IMG/VR virus record: IMGVR_UViG_3300003322_000571
Coordinates: 124,001 to 188,000 of that record
DNA: 64,000 nt
Reading direction: 5' to 3' (one strand)
Below are positions 52,700-60,947 of the stretch, piece by piece. Under the pieces are notes generated by a model. That model saw nothing but the letters and a program-made list of their open reading frames with translations. It was not told where the DNA came from and made no database searches. The position numbers and the translations under genes were made by a program. The first letter of the stretch is position 1. Every line of letters begins with the position of its first letter.

Positions 52700-53137
52700 T
52701 TGGGACGAGTTAACCATCAGCAGATTCAGCAAGGGAACGTTCCGTCGTTCATTAAATTGCTGAGCATGCAAATGACTACGGGTAGCGGATACCTGACAGT
52801 TGGAAGTATCCTCGAGGGGATGTCCGATGTTGATTTGATGCAGATTCTTCGCTTTGCTGATCAACTTGGCGAAGAGAACGATGAGTATGCATCGATTGTA
52901 ATGGTAATCCTGACAATCCTGATGTTACAGGCAGACGGAAGTGACGATCCAACAGATCTGGAAACGATCCACACAGCATTGAACCAAATTGTCAATCTGT
53001 TTGCATGGGAATACCTTGCACGCAAAGGACGAATGAAGATGCATTACCAGAACATTACTCTGTCGCCTGACGCTGACAACCGAGTGATCGCTGAAGTTAT
53101 TGACCCCAAAGGGATTGAAGATGATCTTGAAGACTAA
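52700..53137 (+). CDS. Hypothetical protein
   Basis: GAGG RBS. Confidence 0.7.
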   Translation: MGRVNHQQIQQGNVPSFIKLLSMQMTTGSGYLTVGSILEGMSDVDLMQILRFADQLGEENDEYASIVMVILTILMLQADGSDDPTDLETIHTALNQIVNLFAWEYLARKGRMKMHYQNITLSPDADNRVIAEVIDPKGIEDDLED

Positions 53138-53567
53138 TTCGTGGCACTACCGTCTTGCATCAAAGTATGCACACATGGACGAACGACCTCACGATTTCTG
53201 CTCATACGCGCGCAAAGTGTTGCAGGGTGGCATTCTCGCACTGATGCTTGCTCTCGTTGGAGCAGCAGTCTTGTTCTTTTATGTGTACCTAGGTGCGCAG
53301 CTAGTTGCCGCTTACGTTTCGGGCGTCTGGATGCTTGAATGGTACTCCGATGCTGTATGGGGTGCTGTGTGGGAAACTGTTACACTCGGCAGCATCGCCG
53401 CGTACATCGGATACCAAATCTGGGATCAGAACACGTATCAAGCACGATTGGAGAAGAAGCGAGCTGCCTTGAAGGCGAACGGCGGCGTGGCTCGTCAGCC
53501 AGGATTCTTTACCATGTTGTACCGCACGATCCGTGAAAAGACGTGCTTCACTGTGACCTACAAATGA
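53121..53567 (+). CDS. Membrane protein
   Basis: Two to three TM segments. Confidence 0.75.
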   Translation: MILKTNSWHYRLASKYAHMDERPHDFCSYARKVLQGGILALMLALVGAAVLFFYVYLGAQLVAAYVSGVWMLEWYSDAVWGAVWETVTLGSIAAYIGYQIWDQNTYQARLEKKRAALKANGGVARQPGFFTMLYRTIREKTCFTVTYK

Positions 53568-54118
53568 TTGAACTTATCGACAAGATCAAGGACGTCCGTT
53601 CGTATATTCGGAATCGTTTCATCACGAAGTCTCACGCTGTTATTACGTCCCTCAAGAAGGGATCGTGGCACGAGTGTGAAGAGCTGATGTTGCATTCGAA
53701 CTTCCAGATTCTTGTCGATTATGTAGAAGTCCAGTGTGCTTGGATGCACATTACCAGTGATCCTGGTAGGCAACACTTGAAGAAGTACGGCTATCCAACG
53801 AACAGTTGGTCACCTGTGTCGTGGGTTCGTAAGATGTTGTGGCGGAACCGTGAAGCAGGTATCGCTCGTCTCCGCTACGAATCGGAAGTGATGGATCAGA
53901 ACTTCTCTGACCAACACACCAAAGGTGGCGATTACGCCCGCGAGCAACTTGAGTTGTATCTTTGGTGGACTGATATCTACCCTGCTCGCCCTGATCCGTA
54001 CGACTTGTATGAATGGTCCGACTATACGAAGATTGGCGTGCTGGAGAAGCAGTATGCCGATGAAGAAAACGAAAACTTGATCCGTCTGATCAAGATCCGT
54101 AACACGATGTGGACGTAA
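53564..54118 (+). CDS. Conserved phage hypothetical protein
   Basis: F..LVD.VE...A.M...LYLWW...P.R.DP...LI.LIKIR..MWT. Confidence 0.8.
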   Translation: MIELIDKIKDVRSYIRNRFITKSHAVITSLKKGSWHECEELMLHSNFQILVDYVEVQCAWMHITSDPGRQHLKKYGYPTNSWSPVSWVRKMLWRNREAGIARLRYESEVMDQNFSDQHTKGGDYAREQLELYLWWTDIYPARPDPYDLYEWSDYTKIGVLEKQYADEENENLIRLIKIRNTMWT

Positions 54119-54369
54119 TGACCCCATTTGATATTGCTGCGATTGAGGGTGACAAGATCCTCAAGATCACCGTCAACAGTGAGCGACACCTGACAATTCA
54201 CGGCGAAAAGTTCACATTTCAGTTGACGAACATGATCGATCAGACTGACAGTGACCAGATTCCGGTCTTCAATGTTCGTACAACTGAAAACCGAAGTGGC
54301 CCTCGACCTCGCGTTAAGGCGCCTGAAAAGTCAGCAACCATTTTTGAGTTCAAGAGGAAAAACGAATGA
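54109..54369 (+). CDS. Hypothetical protein
   Basis: Coupled ORF. Confidence 0.6.
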   Translation: MDVMTPFDIAAIEGDKILKITVNSERHLTIHGEKFTFQLTNMIDQTDSDQIPVFNVRTTENRSGPRPRVKAPEKSATIFEFKRKNE

Positions 54370-54788
54370 CAAAGCCAAAGAATCCTGTGACGATGACTCG
54401 TGATCAGGCGTTCCAGAAGACGATCGACATCATTACGAACGGATTCGATGCAACTGCGATCGCTCAGGCTCTCGCAAAAGCAAATCCTGTGTTGTTCGTT
54501 GAACTGCACGCCAAAACGGTTGCACAATCGACCTTTGTAGCGACCAACTTGTCGGCCGATCATTTCTTCGTGGTTGATCAAATTCGTGACGGTAGTATCG
54601 TTACTGCGATCAAGAAGCTTCGTGAAATGACTGGCTTCGGCCTCAAGCATGCAAAGGACGTTGTCGACCACGTTCGTGGTACTCTCGACCCGACGGCTGA
54701 TGGATCGTCGTACCGTCTAGACGCTGAACAGCAGGCTGTGTACGAACAATTGGTTATCGCTGGTCGTCAACGTTACGCTGCTGCCTAA
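54366..54788 (+). CDS. Protein with ribosomal bL12 C-terminal-like domain
   Basis: IVTAIKKLREMTGFGLKHAKDVVD. Confidence 0.75.
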   Translation: MTKPKNPVTMTRDQAFQKTIDIITNGFDATAIAQALAKANPVLFVELHAKTVAQSTFVATNLSADHFFVVDQIRDGSIVTAIKKLREMTGFGLKHAKDVVDHVRGTLDPTADGSSYRLDAEQQAVYEQLVIAGRQRYAAA

Positions 54789-54796
54789 CTGTTACT

Positions 54797-54804
54797 AATA
54801 AATA
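54797..54804 (+). promoter_or_regulatory. Late promoter candidate (AATAAATA)
   Basis: Upstream of the MKLFE gene. Confidence 0.5.
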
Positions 54805-54835
54805 GTTTCACGCTTAGTATCTGAAGGAGATAAGC

Positions 54836-55192
54836 ATGAAACTATTCGAAATGGCAAAACCAAAGGTTTGCGAAAAGTGCGGTAAGACGATGTCAAAGAA
54901 CCACTACTGGTACAAGGGTGGTTGGAAGTGCAGCGACAAGATGGGGACAAAGCCTCGTAAGCCTAAGGACGGTTCGGAAGCACCGGCTAAGGCAGAGAAG
55001 AAAGAGTCTCCTCCGCAACGCGTCGAGCGTAAGGATGTTCCGGAGACGGATCACACACGTGAGATGAAGAAGAAAATGGCTGCTGCAAACGAAGAAGCAG
55101 CTAAGAAGCGCGATATGGAATTCTACAAGAAAATGGAAAAACAAAAGCGCAAGGACGACGGCGGTATTGCAGACGAGCACAACGAAGATTAA
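54836..55192 (+). CDS. Lys/Glu-rich late protein with CxxC motif
   Basis: MKLFEMAKPKVCEKCG; AAGGAG RBS. Confidence 0.75.
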   Translation: MKLFEMAKPKVCEKCGKTMSKNHYWYKGGWKCSDKMGTKPRKPKDGSEAPAKAEKKESPPQRVERKDVPETDHTREMKKKMAAANEEAAKKRDMEFYKKMEKQKRKDDGGIADEHNED

Positions 55193-55239
55193 TCGTTGAG
55201 TAACCAAAGGGTTAGCTAAGAATATGGCAGCAAGGCAAC

Positions 55240-55662
55240 TTGACTGCCATTTCTTTTATGCTTGACGATTATATGACTAAAGCAGCAAATGCTGCATTTG
55301 AGTCGTTCGTTCAAAGCTTCGACGATTTCCTCGCAGGATCATTTCCCAATCTCTGGATATACGGAGACGACATCATTTCCGTGTATGTTCGCAAAGGGAA
55401 GAGGTTTATTAACGGAGGTTGGTTCACGTGCTTTGACATTGGAACGATCACAATCAATGAACAATACCAAGGCAACGGTATTGGTATAAAGGTGATTGAC
55501 TATTTGCACAGCAATCATCCGTATAGAGCAACGCTAGTTGAGAGTATCCTGAATCAACGTCTATACGACAGATTGAAGAGGGAGCATTGGAATGATGTCC
55601 AAAATAGTGTACCCCCTTCTTTGTTCAAACTGAAGCCGCTGAAACACGGAGAACAACTGTAA
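55240..55662 (+). CDS. GNAT-family acetyltransferase-like protein
   Basis: IGTITINEQYQGNGIG motif A. Confidence 0.65.
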   Translation: MTAISFMLDDYMTKAANAAFESFVQSFDDFLAGSFPNLWIYGDDIISVYVRKGKRFINGGWFTCFDIGTITINEQYQGNGIGIKVIDYLHSNHPYRATLVESILNQRLYDRLKREHWNDVQNSVPPSLFKLKPLKHGEQL

Positions 55663-55663
55663 G

Positions 55664-55714
55664 TTGACCTTTTGTTTACTATGTGATATGCTTCTCCTGA
55701 TTAAATAGGAGAAG
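55664..55714 (+). promoter_or_regulatory. Promoter with RBS-sequestering hairpin
   Basis: TTGACC-17-TATGCT; CTTCTCCT/AGGAGAAG. Confidence 0.75.
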
Positions 55715-55716
55715 TA

Positions 55717-55974
55717 ATGCATATGGTGTATTGGACCGTGTGGTCCGACGGTGAAGCAACAGCGCTTCAAAAAGATTTCGACAACAGCCAGCTTAAGCAG
55801 GCTCTTGATTTCTGCAAATCGCTGCGCAAGCGAATTGACCTTGGCGAACCGCTTGGTTTCGTCACAATGGCAACGGAGGATCCCAACATGGTTGGGAAAA
55901 TGGGCGTAGACTCCATTGTCGATGGTATGTGCCCTGATGGTGTCCCGTACACATGGAAAAAGCGTCGCATCTGA
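55717..55974 (+). CDS. Conserved hypothetical protein
   Basis: FVTMATEDPNMVGKMGVDSI.DG.CPDG..YTWKKRR. Confidence 0.8.
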   Translation: MHMVYWTVWSDGEATALQKDFDNSQLKQALDFCKSLRKRIDLGEPLGFVTMATEDPNMVGKMGVDSIVDGMCPDGVPYTWKKRRI

Positions 55975-56178
55975 TCGAATTCCAACAGAAGGTCGTTGAT
56001 ACGTTGAATCAAGCAACGAACGACCTCGATATTGCTTTCACAGAAGGCTGGAATCCTATTGTCCCGCCGATGCCAATGACGTTTGGTCAAGTCCAATTCT
56101 TAAAATCAGGTACGACGGAAATGATGACGATCCGTCATCCAACGTCATGGTATTATATGTTATACAGATGGAGAACAG

Positions 56179-56523
56179 ATGAAAAGAGTAACGGAGAAGA
56201 CTGACTTCTATTTGTCGAAGTACGAGCTAGAAGGCTCTTTTGATGATGTTGTTGCCAGTATTCGTGCAGTTGAAAAACAAGCACTCGATGCATATCACGA
56301 AATGTGCTACGACCATCTTAATCCGGAGTTTTACTTTGATTGGGAACCTGCAGAAGACGGTGGTGATGTGTTAACGCTGTACGTTAAACGCGACGAACTA
56401 CACCACGAAGCGCTTGTTCGTATTATGGAAGAGCAAGCACGTCAAGCAGATTTCGAGAAGTACGAACAAGAGCTATACTTGAGACTACATGAAAAATACG
56501 GAAAAGTACTCCGTGAACAATGA
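56179..56523 (+). CDS. Hypothetical acidic protein
   Basis: GGAG RBS. Confidence 0.7.
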   Translation: MKRVTEKTDFYLSKYELEGSFDDVVASIRAVEKQALDAYHEMCYDHLNPEFYFDWEPAEDGGDVLTLYVKRDELHHEALVRIMEEQARQADFEKYEQELYLRLHEKYGKVLREQ

Positions 56524-56528
56524 GCAAT

Positions 56529-56553
56529 AAGCCGGTTTGACCGGCTTTTTTTG
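56529..56553 (+). terminator. Intrinsic terminator
   Basis: AAGCCGGT/ACCGGCTT plus T tract. Confidence 0.85.
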
Positions 56554-56606
56554 TTGTTCGGTATTGGGTTCATTGTTACAATGTTGGTTCTTTACAGGAG
56601 TATTCT

Positions 56607-56780
56607 ATGCAAGTGTACGAATCGAATCTTTCAGCTGCTTTGTCAGTCGCAATTGCAGAACGCCGTAAGGTAGAAGCTCAACTTGGATATACGGGCGACT
56701 CAGCGTTTGTTGCTGGTCTCGTACAAGTGCTAGAGGCATTCGAGCGCGGTGAACACATTGAAATCGTTCGAGGAGCCTAA
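56607..56780 (+). CDS. Small hypothetical protein (57 aa)
   Basis: AGGAG RBS; MQVYESNLSAAL... Confidence 0.6.
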   Translation: MQVYESNLSAALSVAIAERRKVEAQLGYTGDSAFVAGLVQVLEAFERGEHIEIVRGA

Positions 56781-56845
56781 TATGACGCTCGACGATCTGT
56801 ATCCACAACGAAAGATTTGCCGTCTCCTGCAACGACCTTCACAAT

Positions 56846-57715
56846 ATGAACAACATCAACGACATTCCTCTTCAAACGACCAGCAACCTACTCAACGCGT
56901 TCCCGTCCAATCTCCAGAAGAGAGATCCGTGGCCACGAAAGGTTCCTGTTGGTATTGAGGTGGAAGTTCCTTGGCGTGGTTATTTTCCGGATTTGTGGGT
57001 AGACGGGTTTCCAAATGTAGATGAAGAAACTCTTGCACGAATCACTGAGGAATGCACTAAGCGTGAGGAAACACTTATTCCTAAGCTGCGTAAAACGCAA
57101 GAATGTGGCGTGAAACGAGGTGCTGACAAGTACTGGGAATTCGCATTCGATCCTGTCACAGATGTTCGTATCACGTGCGACCATGTTGAGATTCTCCGTC
57201 AGCATAATCTGATTCCTGAAGGGCCGCATTCTTTACACATTACGTTTGGTGGCTTGCGAGCTACTCGTGACATGCATTACGTTGCAATGATTCTCGAGTG
57301 TTTTGCTTGTTCTCCTGAGCGAATTTTGTCGGGATTCCATCCAACGAGCGAAGCACAATCTGTTGGGTGGGCTCGTAAGGGATTTGCTGGTCTATTTGAA
57401 AAGACAGGTTCTCATGATCTTTTGCACGGATATCAATACGGTTGTGAGATCCGGCTACTGACCCTACCACAGACAGACGATGAATTGTTCTATCTGCTCG
57501 ACATTGGTCAGTGTTTTGCCGTACTTGCATTGAACAAAGATCCAATGTGGACGAGGATTCGTGATACGTTGAAAATGATTCTGTTGAAGAACGGACTTCC
57601 AGATGAGAACTGGAAGAAGCCACATATTAACCCTGAACTGTGGAAGGATGTTGCTGAAAAGTGGCCTGCAGTTCAAGCCAAGGTTGTAGACTTCATCTCT
57701 GACGTCTACCCTTAA
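56846..57715 (+). CDS. Putative amidoligase (GS/GCS2-fold)
   Basis: VGIEVEV...WEF...HITFG...CEIR pattern. Confidence 0.55.
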   Translation: MNNINDIPLQTTSNLLNAFPSNLQKRDPWPRKVPVGIEVEVPWRGYFPDLWVDGFPNVDEETLARITEECTKREETLIPKLRKTQECGVKRGADKYWEFAFDPVTDVRITCDHVEILRQHNLIPEGPHSLHITFGGLRATRDMHYVAMILECFACSPERILSGFHPTSEAQSVGWARKGFAGLFEKTGSHDLLHGYQYGCEIRLLTLPQTDDELFYLLDIGQCFAVLALNKDPMWTRIRDTLKMILLKNGLPDENWKKPHINPELWKDVAEKWPAVQAKVVDFISDVYP

Positions 57716-57742
57716 TGACTAGCCTATATACTGGAGTAATGG

Positions 57743-58003
57743 ATGGAAACCACCAAGACGGATTTGATTGCCATTGTTGAGAGCGTATGGGGCGTTCAAC
57801 CGATGGAAGTGGTTGAGGAGTTGTTGTTTTCAACGACAGCTTTTCCATTCGCTCCGGTTGAGAAGATTGCAGTCCAGTTGAAAGAGTACTTCGACCGAAG
57901 CGGTGGTAATCCCGGTAAAGCGATCAATCTTGCGTACGAAGATTTTGATAGGGAATGGGAAGAATACAAAGCGAGGGAGAAGGAAAATGAAGAATCGAGT
58001 TAG
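57743..58003 (+). CDS. Hypothetical protein
   Basis: GGAG RBS; LF.TTAFPF. Confidence 0.75.
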   Translation: METTKTDLIAIVESVWGVQPMEVVEELLFSTTAFPFAPVEKIAVQLKEYFDRSGGNPGKAINLAYEDFDREWEEYKAREKENEESS

Positions 58004-58106
58004 GGAAAAGTTTGGATTGGTGTTCGTGATCGCAGTTGTTATTGCGTCGTGTGCAGCCGCATACGTATCAGCCCTGCATTAATTGCCGTATTTGTTTGGG
58101 TGACAA

Positions 58107-58114
58107 TATAAATA
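58107..58114 (+). promoter_or_regulatory. T4 gp55-type late promoter (TATAAATA)
   Basis: Perfect consensus 27 nt upstream of ATG 58142. Confidence 0.65.
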
Positions 58115-58141
58115 TGCCCAACAAATATAGGAACACCAATC

Positions 58142-58444
58142 ATGGAATTTCTGAGGGAACTGCTAAGCGAGAGTAAGAAGGACAAGAATAAAGCTCCTGT
58201 CCTTAAGATGTTGCCAATCAAGTCATTCGTGGCTGGTAATATGGTTACGTCTAATCCAGAAGATGATGAGTGTGAATCTGTGACAGAAGGTAAAGACAAA
58301 GTGAAAGTACCGGTTTCAAAGCCACGCGCCAAGGACATCAACGATGCTCTCGTTCACACGAAGAGTGGTCGCCACTATGATCCAAAGCGTGATTATGTCC
58401 GCGCGAAGGAGAAGTCGCGTAGCCGTAAGGAAATGCAAGACTAA
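58142..58444 (+). CDS. Basic late (possibly virion) protein
   Basis: MEFLRELLSE start; late promoter. Confidence 0.75.
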   Translation: MEFLRELLSESKKDKNKAPVLKMLPIKSFVAGNMVTSNPEDDECESVTEGKDKVKVPVSKPRAKDINDALVHTKSGRHYDPKRDYVRAKEKSRSRKEMQD

Positions 58445-58453
58445 ACCCTTTAG

Positions 58454-58507
58454 TTGAACAACTAAACAACCCTCAGTATAGTGTATGCAAGTACATTACT
58501 GAGGGTT
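58454..58507 (+). promoter_or_regulatory. Promoter with RBS-sequestering hairpin
   Basis: TTGAAC-17-TATAGT; AACCCTCAGTA/TACTGAGGGTT covers the GAGGG RBS. Confidence 0.75.
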
Positions 58508-58513
58508 TCCTTT

Positions 58514-58942
58514 ATGCGAGCTTACTCGTTCACTAACTTCTATCTGTCGTCGATCCAGCAAGGTATCCAACCCGCTCATGCGATCGTCGAAATGTTTGTC
58601 AAGTACAAGAACCATGTGCAGGAAAGCAAACACTTGTTTGATTGGGCAACCAATCACAAGACGATGATTTGCTTGAACGGTGGTACTTCTGCCGACATTC
58701 GTGATCTGTACTTCGAATTGATACACGTTGCTGAAGCATTGCAATTGCCGTACAGTCCGTTCAATGAAGACGAAGCATCTCTGGACGGAGCATTGACGTC
58801 CGTGGCGATCATCGTTCCTGAGAAAATTTACATGGAAGCTGCTGAGATGCGTGATCGCGATTACGATCCGACGACTTCTTTGCTGAATCCAGCTGAAACA
58901 CAGCTTGCTAAAATCCTGAATCGCTATAGCTTGGCCAAATAA
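58514..58942 (+). CDS. Peptidyl-tRNA hydrolase PTH2-like protein
   Basis: HKTMICLNGG...LPY..F.ED...L.GALTSVAI.VP. Confidence 0.55.
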   Translation: MRAYSFTNFYLSSIQQGIQPAHAIVEMFVKYKNHVQESKHLFDWATNHKTMICLNGGTSADIRDLYFELIHVAEALQLPYSPFNEDEASLDGALTSVAIIVPEKIYMEAAEMRDRDYDPTTSLLNPAETQLAKILNRYSLAK

Positions 58943-58943
58943 C

Positions 58944-59309
58944 ATGAATAAGAAACAATACATCTGGGTTACGTTCCAAAAAGAAGGTCTTCATCTCTAT
59001 CCTGCGGCTGCACATGATCCGAAGCTCGCCTCTGTCGATTTCCTCGGAGTACTGCATCGTCACATTTTCCACTTCCGTGTTGAACTGGAAGTGATGCATG
59101 ATGACCGCGATATTGAATTCATTATGTTCAAGCGCGAATTGGAAAAACTGTACACCGAGGAAACTTTGAAGCTGAACCACAAGTCATGCGAAATGATCAG
59201 TGATGACCTCGCTCAGTACATTCGTAAAAACTATCCTGACCGCGAAATCATCATTGAAGTCGCGGAAGACGGTGAAAATGGATCGCGTACGATCTATCCA
59301 AAGGACTAA
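58944..59309 (+). CDS. queD: QueD-like (6-carboxytetrahydropterin synthase/T-fold) protein
   Basis: H.YP.A...LG..HRH.FHF.V...V.HDDRDIEFI.FKR...SCEMI..DL. Confidence 0.75.
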   Translation: MNKKQYIWVTFQKEGLHLYPAAAHDPKLASVDFLGVLHRHIFHFRVELEVMHDDRDIEFIMFKRELEKLYTEETLKLNHKSCEMISDDLAQYIRKNYPDREIIIEVAEDGENGSRTIYPKD

Positions 59310-59310
59310 T

Positions 59311-59820
59311 ATGCCAACCCTCCACGGGCATCCCGCACCACAACGACTATTCGGTGAAGTGTTTCAATTTGAAGCGGACATCACAACCGTAACTGGTGGC
59401 CTGATTTGTCATGGCGTTAACTGCCAAGGTAAAATGGGATCTGGCGTTGCTTTGGCGATTCGAAAGAAGTGGCCACAGGTAGCAGAAGGCTATTTTGAAC
59501 ACATTAAGGTCAACGGGACGGGCGAACAGAACCTCGGAATGGTTAACTTCGTCAAGATTACCGATGAACTACATGTTGCCAACTGCTTTACGCAGAACTT
59601 CTACGGTTACGACGGTAAGAAGTATGCTGACGTCAGTGCAATTGCGATGTCGTTGGATCGTGCATTCAACTTTGCATATCACAATGACCTTGCAGTGTAT
59701 CTGCCTGAAATTGGTGGTCTCCGTGGTGGTTTGAACTTCCAAGAAGAAGTGTTGCCAACAATCTTCGAACTATCGAGGTACTACCATACGACTGCTAACG
59801 TCTTGACGTTTAGGGAGTAA
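59311..59820 (+). CDS. Macrodomain (Appr-1''-p processing) protein
   Basis: ADI...ICHGVNCQGKMGSGVA.AI..KWP...ANCFTQ...IGGLRGGL. Confidence 0.9.
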   Translation: MPTLHGHPAPQRLFGEVFQFEADITTVTGGLICHGVNCQGKMGSGVALAIRKKWPQVAEGYFEHIKVNGTGEQNLGMVNFVKITDELHVANCFTQNFYGYDGKKYADVSAIAMSLDRAFNFAYHNDLAVYLPEIGGLRGGLNFQEEVLPTIFELSRYYHTTANVLTFRE

Positions 59821-59823
59821 CGA

Positions 59824-60096
59824 ATGCATATCCCTAAATTGACAGGACCGTTGGAATCTAGTTTGATTGGACGTAAAGTCAAACTCAAGATTTCGATTAT
59901 CGAATATCCCTCTGGTCGCAAGTACGAGAGGTATGAAGTCGACGATCCACAGTTTGTTGCTGACGCAAAAGCTGAACATGGTGATGGTGTAACTATTATG
60001 CCACCTGGTACAGCAAGTGACGGTTCTGTCCGGCTAGGTCGTGTTAGGATTTGGATCCAAAAGAACGGTAAAGTTGATAGTGTTGTAAGAGGGTAA
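59824..60096 (+). CDS. Hypothetical protein (I78-inhibitor-like C-terminus)
   Basis: RIMPPG-like TIMPPG...D....RVRI......V..V..G. Confidence 0.6.
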   Translation: MHIPKLTGPLESSLIGRKVKLKISIIEYPSGRKYERYEVDDPQFVADAKAEHGDGVTIMPPGTASDGSVRLGRVRIWIQKNGKVDSVVRG

Positions 60097-60099
60097 TTG

Positions 60100-60128
60100 T
60101 TGATCGAACGAAAGTTCGCATATATAGT
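60100..60128 (+). promoter_or_regulatory. tRNA promoter
   Basis: TTGATC-17-TATAGT. Confidence 0.7.
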
Positions 60129-60170
60129 TATCTACATTGCTGAGGACGACTGGACTCAGCAATGTCCAGC

Positions 60171-60242
60171 GGGGGATTAGTATAGCTGGGAAAACACCGC
60201 CCTTGCAAGGCGAAGTCACCGGTTCGACCCCGGTATCCTCCA
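60171..60242 (+). tRNA. tRNA-Ala(UGC), CCA not encoded
   Basis: Acceptor GGGGGAT/ATCCTCC with G3-U70, loop CTTGCAA, T-arm ACCGG-TTCGACC-CCGGT. Confidence 0.92.
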
Positions 60243-60392
60243 CAGTATCTCAAGAAGGCCTGTTAGTACGTGCTCTAAGCGTCTTCTTTCACTGACTCGC
60301 ATAGAATGCAGAGAAACATCACGTAAATGTCTCTGTAGACCACTAGCGAAAGTCGTTTAGTCGATGGTTACGGTGCAAGCCCGGAACAAAAT

Positions 60393-60466
60393 CGGAGTAT
60401 AGCGCAGCCTGGTAGCGCAACTGCTTTGGGAGCAGTGGGTCGGGAGTTCGAATCTCTCTACTCCGA
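60393..60466 (+). tRNA. tRNA-Pro(UGG), CCA not encoded
   Basis: CGGAGTA/TACTCCG acceptor, loop TTTGGGA, GTTCGAATC T-loop. Confidence 0.95.
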
Positions 60467-60492
60467 CATAATATAACACAGCGAGATTGTAC

Positions 60493-60945
60493 ATGAAGTA
60501 CACTGGTGCTCTCCTCTTCACTGCGCTTGTTCTTGGCGTAGTTCTCTTCGTCGGTCCCGCACCAATGCCTGAGTATTCCAGGCCAGGCAAGCCAACCCCT
60601 CCCACCTCCGCAACTCCATCTGAAAGTGATCAGTTTATTGCTTTGTGTTCTGGCCTTGATGTGTCAGATGAAGCAGTAAAGCTACTCGGCTTGTCGAATT
60701 GCCTTGGTCGTCTGCGTGGTTTTGTTGATGGTCATCAGCTGACTGTTCAACTGATGAAGTCCAAGGACAGGATGTGGTGCGTTGACGCTGATGTCAAGGA
60801 CAAAGAGGTGTTCGATGCTGTGATTGATTGGGCAGTTGAAAACCCTAAGCAGGTCAGCGAAATTACTCGTGATTTCGAAGGAATCAACGCTGCGACCGCA
60901 ATTGCGATTCGTGCGATCCATCACAAGTTTCCCTGCAAGGTGTAG
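60493..60945 (+). CDS. Exported Rap1a-like (T6SS amidase immunity fold) protein
   Basis: Signal/TM; CLGRLRGFVDG...WC...VIDWAVENP...AI..KFPC. Confidence 0.65.
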   Translation: MKYTGALLFTALVLGVVLFVGPAPMPEYSRPGKPTPPTSATPSESDQFIALCSGLDVSDEAVKLLGLSNCLGRLRGFVDGHQLTVQLMKSKDRMWCVDADVKDKEVFDAVIDWAVENPKQVSEITRDFEGINAATAIAIRAIHHKFPCKV

Positions 60946-60947
60946 TA

